Notes under the pieces: generated by a model | Told to the model about the DNA's origin: nothing | The model's input: only the letters and a program-made list of their open reading frames with translations | The model's database searches: none | In this document: positions 27,927 to 37,214 of the stretch, piece after piece | Layout: every line of letters starts with the position of its first letter | How positions within the stretch are numbered: position 1 is the first letter of the stretch | Position numbers and translations under genes: made by a program | Origin: Candidatus Saccharimonadales bacterium | GTDB taxonomy: Bacteria; Patescibacteriota; Saccharimonadia; Saccharimonadales; SZUA-47 | Direction of reading: 5' to 3' | DNA: 54,760 nucleotides | Assembly: GCA_041737385.1 (NCBI GenBank) | Contig: JBGSRU010000002.1 | Coordinates: forward strand, 1-54,760

Positions 27927-29750
27927 TTAATCTTGTAGGAAACCACCGGATTGATGCTTCCAGAGACGGGCGTAGAGCCCGTTTTTCTTTGCAGAGAGAG
28001 CTTTGTGCGTGCCTTCTTCGACAATAGTGCCTTCGTCAAGTACAATGATCCGGTCCATTTTCTGAATTGTGCTGAGTCGGTGTGCTATAACGATGGTCGT
28101 TTTACCTTTCATTAGGTGAGTCAATGCGTCTTGTATGAGTGCTTCGCTTTCGCTGTCTAAGGCTGAAGTTGCTTCGTCTAGGACGAGTATCGGAGCGTCT
28201 CTAAGGATAGCTCGCGCTATTGCAACTCGTTGTTTTTGGCCGCCGCTTAACTTGACTCCGCGCTCTCCAACTAAAGTCTCATAACCCTCGGACAGATCAC
28301 CGATAAATTCGTGTGCGTGAGCGAGCTTAGCAGCCTCAACAACTTCTGCCATTGTTGCGTCTGGTTTACCGTAACGGATGTTGTCTGCAAGTGAACGATG
28401 AAAGAGTAGTGGCTCTTGTGGAACGTAGGCAATGTGCCGACGAAGATCTACTTGTTTTGTGGTTGTGATGTCTTGGCCACCGACCAGAATAGTTCCTTTT
28501 TGAACGTCCATGAAGCGTAGGAGAAGCTTAGTGATTGTTGTTTTGCCACCACCGCTCGGTCCGACAAGACCGATTTTTTCGTTTGGTTGCAAGATGAGCG
28601 TAAAGTTATCAAACAGTTTATTGTGTTCTTTTTCTATATAGTGAAACGAAACATCCTGAAAACGTATAGATGAATCTTGTGGTGTAAAAGCAACGGCATT
28701 AGGTATGTCGGTCACCGTTTGAGCTGATAGCAATATTTCGGTCATCTCGTGAGAGTCAGCTATAGACCGAGCGATGTTGCGGGTTGAGTTTACGTTGAAC
28801 TCACGCACACGCATAAACAAGTCACGGCTGAGGGCTGTGGCGAGCAGTATGGTGCTCAATGGTGCAATTCCTCTCTCAGCGGCTGCGACACTGAAGACGA
28901 CTGCAAGGATAGTCGTAGCGGTAATAGGGATGTTGAGCAGAAGATCTTTTTTGACAGCGTAATCACGTAGTGTGAAGTTTTTAGAGGCAGCGCTTAGAAG
29001 CAAGTTATGATATCTTTTTGATTCTGCTTGTTCTGCCGAGAAACTCTTAACAGCCATCACGTTACCGATACTGTCAGCAAGTTGCCCAGTTACTTTCGTA
29101 TCAGCTTTTGCTTCTATTGTATTGAGAATGCGGGCTTTCTTGTTCATTAGAAGTGAGGCAATTATATAGACCGATAAAATTATAAAAAGAACGGTGGTAT
29201 AGGCCGGTATACGAGGAGCTAAAGTCCCGAGTGTCATGACAACGAAGATAAAGAGTGCGTAAACTTGCCAATGAAGCGTGTCAAAAAGACGTTCGTATGA
29301 ACCGACGAACTTTGTTGTTTGCGACACCATGCTTCCTGCAAATCTATTGGCGTGAAAGTCAGCGCTCTCTGCCATAAGTCGGTCAAAGCACATCTGCGAA
29401 AGATCTGTTTTGACTTTGGTGATCAGTGTCCAGATGAGTCGAACGGCCATGAATTCTAGCCCGATTGCAAGAATGCCAAAACCTATAAGTCCAGCTATGA
29501 TCCACCCAAAATCAGCCATGTAATTAAAAGGTCCTCCTTTTGCGAGCCGATCGAGCGCAATACCAGAGAGGTAAATGTTAGCAAGGTAGGTTGAGGCAAT
29601 ATAGAGCGGTCTAATAATTACTAAGCCTAGCCACATTGGCCAGTATTTCTTCGTTGCTTGCCAATAAATTTGAACAGTTTTTGGTCCGAGACTGTATTGA
29701 ACTTTTGAATTCACGAGGGGTAATCCTTTATTTATCTTTCCATTTAGCAA
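27927..29750 (-). CDS. ABC exporter, fused TMD-NBD
   Basis: Six TM helices, GPSGGGKTT, LSGGQKQR, LDEATSALD, IAHRLST. The real start may be GTG 29714 (AAGGA upstream). Confidence 0.95.
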   Translation of the reverse strand: MLNGKINKGLPLVNSKVQYSLGPKTVQIYWQATKKYWPMWLGLVIIRPLYIASTYLANIYLSGIALDRLAKGGPFNYMADFGWIIAGLIGFGILAIGLEFMAVRLIWTLITKVKTDLSQMCFDRLMAESADFHANRFAGSMVSQTTKFVGSYERLFDTLHWQVYALFIFVVMTLGTLAPRIPAYTTVLFIILSVYIIASLLMNKKARILNTIEAKADTKVTGQLADSIGNVMAVKSFSAEQAESKRYHNLLLSAASKNFTLRDYAVKKDLLLNIPITATTILAVVFSVAAAERGIAPLSTILLATALSRDLFMRVREFNVNSTRNIARSIADSHEMTEILLSAQTVTDIPNAVAFTPQDSSIRFQDVSFHYIEKEHNKLFDNFTLILQPNEKIGLVGPSGGGKTTITKLLLRFMDVQKGTILVGGQDITTTKQVDLRRHIAYVPQEPLLFHRSLADNIRYGKPDATMAEVVEAAKLAHAHEFIGDLSEGYETLVGERGVKLSGGQKQRVAIARAILRDAPILVLDEATSALDSESEALIQDALTHLMKGKTTIVIAHRLSTIQKMDRIIVLDEGTIVEEGTHKALSAKKNGLYARLWKHQSGGFLQD

Positions 29751-29880
29751 AGTTAGAAGCTCATCTATGAGCTAGTCTTAATGCATTCACTATCTTATTA
29801 ATTAGTATACGCGCAATTAATAATGACGGCAAAAGTGGTAATTTGATTGATAACGAACTAAAATATAGGTCACACATACT

Positions 29881-31815
29881 ATGGAAGACGATAAACACAG
29901 TTCAAACAGTGATAAAGACCGCAAAATGGCGGCTCGCTTCACAGCCCCAAGTAGGGGTGGTGGCTATGAATATCGTCGAAGCATGGAAGTTGACGATGAT
30001 GATGACGAAAAAAAGAAAAAAAAGATAGCAAAAAAAGCAGCCAAAAAGATATCTTTTATTGGTAGGAACAGCGCCGAAGTAGTCGAAAAACCCGTTGGAG
30101 CAGAAACAGCGTCGCCTGAGAAAAAAAGTCTATTTAATAAAGGTGGTTTTTTAAAGGGCAAAGAATTCGAAATTGATGAGCCATCTGCCCAAACACCAGA
30201 GCTAAAACAAGATCAACCTGAAAAACAAGCAGCAATTAGTGATGAGTTTCAGGAAGTGGTTGTTGACAGATTGCACGATGTTGAATCAGAGCTTGAGCAG
30301 ACACATTCCATTGAAGATGCCGAAGAAATTGTCGCGGATGCTGATTATCTTGGACATGTTGGCGAGCGGTTAGACGAAGGAGTAGAGCCACGCGAAGCAA
30401 TTGAAGATGCTTTAGAAGATATTTACGCATTACCACATACTGACGCGGCTGACATTGATCTTGAAACGCATGAATTTTTTGATTCTAGTGAACCTGTTAA
30501 GGCAGAAGAAGCTAGTGAGGTGAGTGACGCAGAAGAAGATGACTTTGTGGCGACAAAGAAGACGTCAGCTATAAAGGCTCCGGCTTCGCCACCAGTAGTA
30601 CCAATTCCGGTTGCACCAAGACCTCCTATAAGGCCCGTTTCTGCTCCAATCTCACCAGCTCCGCGACCATATGTCCCCCGCAGCCCTGACGTAACTCCTA
30701 TGAATGATGTTTTCTATCGAGACCGTCGAACCGGAAATGTAATTGCCAGTGGAGCACTTGGGTTTATGCTCGGTAGACGAAGCGGACGATCGAAAGCTGA
30801 GCGTGAGCTTGAACCAGAGATTAGTAGCCGCGACAAAGAAATAGGTGAACTGAAGACAAAACTAACTGATAGCGAAGCAGTAGTCAGAACAGAAACTGCT
30901 AAAAAACTTCGCGGCAAAACACCAGTAGAATCAATAGTCATAGATCGCGAGGCTGTTGTTCCAGTTTCATTAGCAAAAAATGTTGAAAACGTAAATACTA
31001 CTCCTTCGATAACGATTGCAGAGGAAAAGCAGATAGTAGTAGAACAAGAAAGACAGTTTGAAGCACAGCTTGACGTCACAGTAGGACAGAACACGGAAAC
31101 CTCATTTGAAGCTACTGAAGACGCAGCACGTATTGAATCTACGGCCGAGCAGCTAGTGCCATTAGACTTCATTTCAACTGTCGAGAAGTCAGAACCTGAA
31201 AAAGACATGATTGATACGACAGAGTCTCTGGCAGACATATTGGAAAAACGTCAAGAAACTTTGCCGACAGCGTACTCTCACGAAAAGCCAAAAGCAGTAG
31301 TTGAATCTCAGCCAGAAAAGCGGCGCGATGTGAGGACTCTGTCAATGCCTGAGTTGCTGCAAATCGCTGAAAGCATTTCATTAGAAAAAACGAGCTTACG
31401 AGAGTTGTATGAGCGCCAACGGATCGATGCAGTGAATTTACGTCGTGTGATAATAGAGTATATGAACGGTGGATCGCGTTATAAAGATGTACTCCATAGT
31501 TCACTTGAAGCTGTGGAGATGCAAAGAGAGCTACGCGGAGAGATTAGACGCGACACAACAGCTGCTGCTCCGTCAAAAGCTGACGATACATTCTCTTCAC
31601 AAACAACGGCGACGCCCTCGACAAACGACTCTGCAGGAAGCTCATACCGTGAAAGTACTGGCGCCAGTGCATACGATGCTAAGCAAAGATTATCGAGCAA
31701 CAATGAGGTAGGCAAGAACCACTCATCGAAGTCACAGGCAACCGCTATAGTTTTGGGAATCTTGACAGGAATCATAGTGATGATCGCAGTATTGCTGTAC
31801 TCAAACTCGATTTAG
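29881..31815 (+). CDS. Large acidic, largely disordered protein with a C-terminal TM anchor
   Basis: D/E-rich N-half, Pro-rich segment, ASGALGFMLGRRSG motif, coiled coil, single terminal hydrophobic helix. Confidence 0.8.
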   Translation: MEDDKHSSNSDKDRKMAARFTAPSRGGGYEYRRSMEVDDDDDEKKKKKIAKKAAKKISFIGRNSAEVVEKPVGAETASPEKKSLFNKGGFLKGKEFEIDEPSAQTPELKQDQPEKQAAISDEFQEVVVDRLHDVESELEQTHSIEDAEEIVADADYLGHVGERLDEGVEPREAIEDALEDIYALPHTDAADIDLETHEFFDSSEPVKAEEASEVSDAEEDDFVATKKTSAIKAPASPPVVPIPVAPRPPIRPVSAPISPAPRPYVPRSPDVTPMNDVFYRDRRTGNVIASGALGFMLGRRSGRSKAERELEPEISSRDKEIGELKTKLTDSEAVVRTETAKKLRGKTPVESIVIDREAVVPVSLAKNVENVNTTPSITIAEEKQIVVEQERQFEAQLDVTVGQNTETSFEATEDAARIESTAEQLVPLDFISTVEKSEPEKDMIDTTESLADILEKRQETLPTAYSHEKPKAVVESQPEKRRDVRTLSMPELLQIAESISLEKTSLRELYERQRIDAVNLRRVIIEYMNGGSRYKDVLHSSLEAVEMQRELRGEIRRDTTAAAPSKADDTFSSQTTATPSTNDSAGSSYRESTGASAYDAKQRLSSNNEVGKNHSSKSQATAIVLGILTGIIVMIAVLLYSNSI

Positions 31816-31860
31816 TTACTATTTTTTGCTAAAATATAGATCAAATAACAGAGAAAAATT

Positions 31861-32721
31861 GTGCAAAGAATCATCCTATATTACAAGTTCACTCCTGTGA
31901 AAGATCCTGACATGACGATGCGTTGGCAACGTGAGCTATGTTCGAAGTTGCAATTGAAAGGACGGATTCTTATTAGTCCTCATGGTATCAACGGAACTTT
32001 AGGTGGTGATATTGAAGATTTGAAAGCCTATAAAAGAGCGATGAACGAATCAATTGTGTTTCGCGACATTACCTATAAATGGAGCATTGGAGCGGAGGAT
32101 CATTTCCCGAAGCTTAAGGTTAAAGTCAAAGACGAAATTGTTGCGTTTGATGCTGCGGACGAAATAGTCGTTTCAGAACGCGGTATTGAAAACGGTGGTA
32201 AGCATCTAAAACCACGTGCCCTACATAAAATGCTTGAAGAGAAGAAACAAGCTGGACAAGAGGTTATATTCTACGATGGACGAAACATGTATGAAGCAAA
32301 AATCGGTCGGTTTAAAAACACAATTATACCAAAAACCGTTACTAGTAAAGATTTCAAAGAAGACATAGAAAAAGGCGTGATCTCTAAGTACAAAGACAAA
32401 CCAATTGTCACGTATTGTACTGGTGGCATCCGCTGCGAAATTTTGAGTGCTATGATGAAAAACCGTGGCTACGGTGAGGTATACCAGCTAGACGGTGGGA
32501 TTGCAAAATACGGCGAAACTTTTGCTGACGACGGTTTATGGGAAGGAAAATTATTCGTATTTGACGACCGTATGCAAATGGGATTTTCGGATAAAGCTCA
32601 AGATATAGCTGACTGTGAAGAGTGCGGCGCAAAAACGTCAAACCTTATGAATTCTTCAAACGTTCGGCGCCAACTACATGTTATTTGTGAGGAATGTGCA
32701 AGCTCTGTGAAAACTAGTTGA
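31861..32721 (+). CDS. trhO: Rhodanese-domain tRNA U34 hydroxylase (TrhO/YceA, UPF0176)
   Basis: ILYYKF, GRILI...GINGT, RN.YE..IGRF, YCTGGIRCE, QLDGGI.KY, GKLFVFDDR motifs. Confidence 0.9.
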   Translation: MQRIILYYKFTPVKDPDMTMRWQRELCSKLQLKGRILISPHGINGTLGGDIEDLKAYKRAMNESIVFRDITYKWSIGAEDHFPKLKVKVKDEIVAFDAADEIVVSERGIENGGKHLKPRALHKMLEEKKQAGQEVIFYDGRNMYEAKIGRFKNTIIPKTVTSKDFKEDIEKGVISKYKDKPIVTYCTGGIRCEILSAMMKNRGYGEVYQLDGGIAKYGETFADDGLWEGKLFVFDDRMQMGFSDKAQDIADCEECGAKTSNLMNSSNVRRQLHVICEECASSVKTS

Positions 32722-32746
32722 TAAAAATACAAAAATATGCTATAAT
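32718..32746 (+). promoter_or_regulatory. Sigma70 promoter overlapping the trhO stop
   Basis: TTGATA-17-TATAAT with extended TG; ATG 32756 nine nt downstream. Confidence 0.7.
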
Positions 32747-32755
32747 TTAATTATT

Positions 32756-33733
32756 ATGGCAGATTCACCAGAGCAAACGTCAGGTATTGTTATACCCGGT
32801 GGTTCAGTATCTAAAAACTGGGATGAATTTAACACGCCCGCTTCAATGTTCGGTGAATCAAAGATATTTGACGTCAATACTAGTGCAGCAATTGCGGCTA
32901 CCGCACTGTACGACATGTGGATGGTGGATGACATGCCACGAGCAATTGATACTATCACTGAAGTATATGAAGATCTACAAAGCAGGATAATGTCTGATAT
33001 TGTAATTGCGGATGCGCCTGGAAAAGCTCATATTTATTATGATAATCCTATTGTTGCCGAACGAAAAAATGATGAAATTCATTCGTTTTCATTTGAGCCG
33101 TTTGTTTGTGTTGCAAAAGGCGAATTGTCACTTAGGCGTCTTGTGGCATTGTATAACTTCTGTAGGTCCGGTGACTTTAGGCGCGCAGGTTCAGTACATG
33201 ATGATCAATTTTTATCTAGAACACTTCGTGATGTCGGGTCAGATCACAGAGCAATGCTTGATCAGACTGAAGGCTCTTTGGGTGTAGAATCGTCAGGTCT
33301 GTACGCAGCAGCTCTTTTCGGTGTTGTTGAAAAATTCCCCTCTGATAAAGAAGGTGATGACCCTAGATTTTATCATGACACACACTTTAACTTAGAAGAG
33401 CCACTTCCAAGGTATCTTCTTGAAGCATTTAACGCGTACGTAACTAACTTTGAAAGAGGTGATAGTCCTGAACCTAAAAGGGTATTAGTGCCTTCGATTA
33501 TGGACCCGTGTGAAGCTATTTTTCTAAGTGCTGTCAGAAGGGTTCAAGGCTTTTCAACAACTCCTGTACGGCACGAAAAAGATTTTCTAGTTGGTTTCCC
33601 TGAGTTAACAGATGAGCATGATCGAATGTTGACACTCCATAAGTCTCAACACACAACCGGTACAAGTTTCCAGATCCAAAGGCCTAGAGAGCGAGTAGGA
33701 ATTGGAATAACGCTCTCTGCGAGTAAAAGCTAA
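32756..33733 (+). CDS. Hypothetical protein, possibly a divergent double-stranded beta-helix dioxygenase-like fold
   Basis: 325-aa ORF with PRFYHDTH and LHKSQ...RERVGIGITL, reminiscent of DUF1826/2OG-Fe(II) motifs. The ORF is solid, the family call is weak. Confidence 0.6.
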   Translation: MADSPEQTSGIVIPGGSVSKNWDEFNTPASMFGESKIFDVNTSAAIAATALYDMWMVDDMPRAIDTITEVYEDLQSRIMSDIVIADAPGKAHIYYDNPIVAERKNDEIHSFSFEPFVCVAKGELSLRRLVALYNFCRSGDFRRAGSVHDDQFLSRTLRDVGSDHRAMLDQTEGSLGVESSGLYAAALFGVVEKFPSDKEGDDPRFYHDTHFNLEEPLPRYLLEAFNAYVTNFERGDSPEPKRVLVPSIMDPCEAIFLSAVRRVQGFSTTPVRHEKDFLVGFPELTDEHDRMLTLHKSQHTTGTSFQIQRPRERVGIGITLSASKS

Positions 33734-33734
33734 C

Positions 33735-33757
33735 TGACTTGTCGTGTAATATATACT
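33735..33757 (+). promoter_or_regulatory. uvrC promoter: TGACTTGTC element plus TATACT
   Basis: TGACTTGTCG at 33735-44, TATACT at 33752-57, ATG at 33768. Confidence 0.6.
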
Positions 33758-33767
33758 CATTACAGAA

Positions 33768-35294
33768 ATGAGTCACATGAAGCCCCAATCTGATCAACTA
33801 AAGTCCAAGCTAAAAACGCTGCCCGATACTCCTGGGGTTTATTTTCATAAAGACGCCTCTGGAGAGACTATTTATGTAGGTAAAGCTGCTGTACTGAAAA
33901 ATCGCGTTCGGCAGTATTTTCAAAAATCTCGTAATCGAGACCCGAAGACAGAAGCGCTCGTCGGGGAAATAGTTGATACTGAGTGGATAGAAGTAGAAAC
34001 AGAGCTTGATGCACTGTTTTTAGAAGCAGAGATGATCAAACGGTACATGCCGCGATATAACATACTGCTTCGAGATGATAAAAGTTTGTCGTATGTACGT
34101 ATAGACATAAAATCTGATTATCCGACAGTTTCTTACACTCGCCGCCCATTGGACGATGGCGCAACCTATTTTGGTCCATACCTAGAGTTTTACCAAGTAA
34201 AAAAGGCTCTGCGACTGCTTCGCCGTGTCTTTCCGTATGCCACAACCAAAGAACAGGCGACAATGGGCAGTTTGCTGTACGAACAAATTGGGCTTGATCC
34301 GGGCTTAAAAAGTGGTAAAACTGATTTATTGAAATACAGAAATAACCTGAATAGATTGATGTCTTATCTGCGTGGAAATCGAGTGGCCATTATCAAAGAC
34401 ATCGAAAAAGAGATGAAACAAGCCGCTGGCGAGCAGGACTTTGAACAAGCAGCAGCGCTTCGAAACAAATTATACGAAATGAAAGCTTTGCGAAAACAAA
34501 TCATATTCAGCGACAGAGAGTTTATGGATATAAGCAAAGACAAGGGCTTACAGGGATTGGCTGACCTTTTATCGATTGAAGTTCCAAAACGCATCGAAGG
34601 TTACGATATATCACACATGTCGGGCACCGATACGGTTGCAAGTATGGTGGTTTTCACGGGTGGTATACCCAACAAAGCAGAGTATCGAAAATTCAAAATG
34701 AGGCTCAAGGGCAACGATGATTTTGCCCATATGAAAGAGGCTATCTCAAGACGATTGTCTCAGAAAAACGTGAAGCTCTGGGGGCTGCCTAACTTATTTC
34801 TCATCGATGGCGGCAAAGGCCAACTATCATCAGCAATCGCAGCTCGTGATGAAGCTGGATACACGAGCATCCCAATGATTGGACTCGCGAAGCGCGAAGA
34901 AGAAATCGTCGTGCACAAAGAAAAATCTAATGTCGTGGTCAATCTGCTTAAAACGGCTCATAGTCAGCCAGATATTGTACTGCAAGACTCTGCTGATTTT
35001 TCAATGATACGACTCGGTCAGTCAGACCACATCACGAAGCTGTTGCAAAGAATTCGTGATGAGTCACATCGTTTCGCGGTCACGTATCATTCGGTGTTAA
35101 AACTCAATCGGCAGACCACAAGCTGGCTGGATAATGTTCCGACCATTGGGCCAACAACAAAGAAAAAACTTATTAGGACGTTCGGGAGTTCACGTGGAGT
35201 CTTGCAAGCCCGCAAAGAAGAATTAGAAAAACTGCTCGGTCCAGCAAAAGCAGAAATACTGCGACAATATATCCGAGCAGAAAACAAAAGTTAA
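33768..35294 (+). CDS. uvrC: Excinuclease ABC subunit C
   Basis: GIY-YIG (PGVY, IYVGKA..L.NRV), UVR coil, RIEGYDISH, LIDGGKGQ, RIRDESHRFA, HhH motifs. Confidence 0.97.
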   Translation: MSHMKPQSDQLKSKLKTLPDTPGVYFHKDASGETIYVGKAAVLKNRVRQYFQKSRNRDPKTEALVGEIVDTEWIEVETELDALFLEAEMIKRYMPRYNILLRDDKSLSYVRIDIKSDYPTVSYTRRPLDDGATYFGPYLEFYQVKKALRLLRRVFPYATTKEQATMGSLLYEQIGLDPGLKSGKTDLLKYRNNLNRLMSYLRGNRVAIIKDIEKEMKQAAGEQDFEQAAALRNKLYEMKALRKQIIFSDREFMDISKDKGLQGLADLLSIEVPKRIEGYDISHMSGTDTVASMVVFTGGIPNKAEYRKFKMRLKGNDDFAHMKEAISRRLSQKNVKLWGLPNLFLIDGGKGQLSSAIAARDEAGYTSIPMIGLAKREEEIVVHKEKSNVVVNLLKTAHSQPDIVLQDSADFSMIRLGQSDHITKLLQRIRDESHRFAVTYHSVLKLNRQTTSWLDNVPTIGPTTKKKLIRTFGSSRGVLQARKEELEKLLGPAKAEILRQYIRAENKS

Positions 35295-35354
35295 TTGTCT
35301 ACTCTATAAACAAAGCACACGACCCAAGTAGCTTAACTGTTATACTGGTCCTTA

Positions 35355-36563
35355 ATGAATCAGTTTAATGCAACTTTTTTCTCTGGAAACAGAGAGCATC
35401 TTATGAAGGCGCTGCCGGGACATCTTTTAGTGATATCAGCGCACTCGGCGTTGCAATATTCAGCCGATACAGCGTATCCATTTAGGCAAGATAGTAATTT
35501 TTGGTATTTGTGTGGAATAAATGAGCCTGATTTATTGCTGGTTATAGATACAGATGCTGGAGATGTAGCCCTCCTATTCCCAGACTTGAACGACTATCAG
35601 AAAGAATGGGACGGCATTCCGAATAACGATAAGCTAAAATTGACAAGTGGTATAAATTCTTTCTTGCAAAGGTCAGACCTTCGCAAGAAGGTTAAAAAAG
35701 CGATGAAGGCAAGGCTGACAATAGGGTATTTGGCTCCTGCTCCTAAGCGTATTGAACCGTATGGCTTTTACGCTAATCCCGCTAGAAGAATACTTGAAGA
35801 AGAATTGCTCGACTTCGGAGTAGAGAAAGACTCGTTAGCAGACATCAGGCTCTCTATAGCAAGATTAAGGCAGATAAAGCAGCCAGTAGAACTAGAAGCT
35901 ATCCAAACAGCAATAGACATAACTGCTGACACCATGGCTGAGATCAAAGCTAACTTGCGAAGCTTTCAAACAGAAAAGGATGTTGAACGAGCATTATCTG
36001 CTGGGTTTTTGCTGCGAGGTGGGGATGGACACAGCTTTTCTTCAATCGTCGCAAGTGGTAAAAACGCGGCAACAATTCATTATGAAAAAAACTCATCACA
36101 TATTGCTACAGACAGTTTGCTTCTGATAGACATAGGAATAAATTACAGGGGTTATGCTTCGGATATCGCTCGTGCATGGTCAATCGGTACTCTTTCAGAG
36201 CGACAAAAAGATATATATCAGGCTACGCTAGAATTGCAGAATAAAGCGTTTAATATGATCAAGCCCGGCATTAATTTACGAGAGTATCAAGAGGCTATGG
36301 ATTTAGAGGCAGATAAAGTATTTAAAAAACTGAAGTGCTCAATGGCGGGAAAGAAATTTCCGCATGGTTTTTCTCATTTTTTGGGACTTGATGCTCATGA
36401 TGCGGGAGATTACGATGCTCCACTCGCTGAAGGCTCAGTTATAACTGTTGAACCTGGGATATATTTGCCAGACGAAGGAATCGGTGTGCGCGTCGAAGAT
36501 GATGTCCTGATAACGAGAAACGGTATTAAAAATCTATCAGTAAATATACCGCGAACCCTGTAA
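35355..36563 (+). CDS. pepP: Xaa-Pro aminopeptidase (M24B)
   Basis: FRQDSNFWYL.G, LIDIG, YASDI.R, PHG.SH.LGLDAHD, TVEPGIY, GVRVEDD motifs. Confidence 0.88.
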   Translation: MNQFNATFFSGNREHLMKALPGHLLVISAHSALQYSADTAYPFRQDSNFWYLCGINEPDLLLVIDTDAGDVALLFPDLNDYQKEWDGIPNNDKLKLTSGINSFLQRSDLRKKVKKAMKARLTIGYLAPAPKRIEPYGFYANPARRILEEELLDFGVEKDSLADIRLSIARLRQIKQPVELEAIQTAIDITADTMAEIKANLRSFQTEKDVERALSAGFLLRGGDGHSFSSIVASGKNAATIHYEKNSSHIATDSLLLIDIGINYRGYASDIARAWSIGTLSERQKDIYQATLELQNKAFNMIKPGINLREYQEAMDLEADKVFKKLKCSMAGKKFPHGFSHFLGLDAHDAGDYDAPLAEGSVITVEPGIYLPDEGIGVRVEDDVLITRNGIKNLSVNIPRTL

Positions 36564-36585
36564 AAATGGTATACTAATCTGTAAT

Positions 36586-36957
36586 ATGAAAAATACACGT
36601 TCAAGATTTGTCACGCGCTGGTTTGTGAGCGGTTTTGGGTTATGGATTGCGTCGGAGCTACTTGGCGACAGTAGCATTAGCTATGAAGGAAAAGTAAGTG
36701 CAATTATTATTTCAGGGCTTATTCTAGCGATCGTAAACACTTTTATACGACCACTCGTCGTCTTTTTGACACTTCCTGCAGTTCTATTGACGTTAGGTAT
36801 TTTCATGGTGGTAATAAACGCCTTGATGGTGTTATTGGCGGCTAGATTGTATGGGCCACTTGAAGTTGACGGGTTTGGCGTCGCAATTATCGCTGGATTA
36901 GTGATTGGCCTAGTGAACTGGCTAGTAAGTGCATTTTTAGAGGAGAAGCAAGCATGA
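36586..36957 (+). CDS. 4-TMS phage-holin-like family membrane protein (YvlD-like)
   Basis: LAIVN.FIRP....LTLP...LTLG.F..VINALM motif. Confidence 0.85.
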   Translation: MKNTRSRFVTRWFVSGFGLWIASELLGDSSISYEGKVSAIIISGLILAIVNTFIRPLVVFLTLPAVLLTLGIFMVVINALMVLLAARLYGPLEVDGFGVAIIAGLVIGLVNWLVSAFLEEKQA

Positions 36958-36973
36958 TAAAATTGGAGGTACG

Positions 36974-37192
36974 ATGAGTATTTGGAACTACATAATGATT
37001 GGATCTGTCATAATAATGACTATATTAATTTTGTTGCAGGTTCGTGGAGCGAGTCTTGGGGCGGGCCTAGGTGGCGGCGGCGGTGAAGTGAATACTGTTC
37101 GTCGTGGTTCGGACAAGAGCTTGCTTAATCTTACAATTATTGCTGCGACAACATTTGCTCTTTCAATCGTTCTTGAAATAATTTTAGGCTAG
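36974..37192 (+). CDS. secG: Preprotein translocase subunit SecG
   Basis: ILLQ.RG..LG.G.GG.....RRG.DK.L...T motif, two TM helices, GGAGG SD. Confidence 0.9.
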   Translation: MSIWNYIMIGSVIIMTILILLQVRGASLGAGLGGGGGEVNTVRRGSDKSLLNLTIIAATTFALSIVLEIILG

Positions 37193-37214
37193 ATAACGGA
37201 GGCGCAAGGTAACG

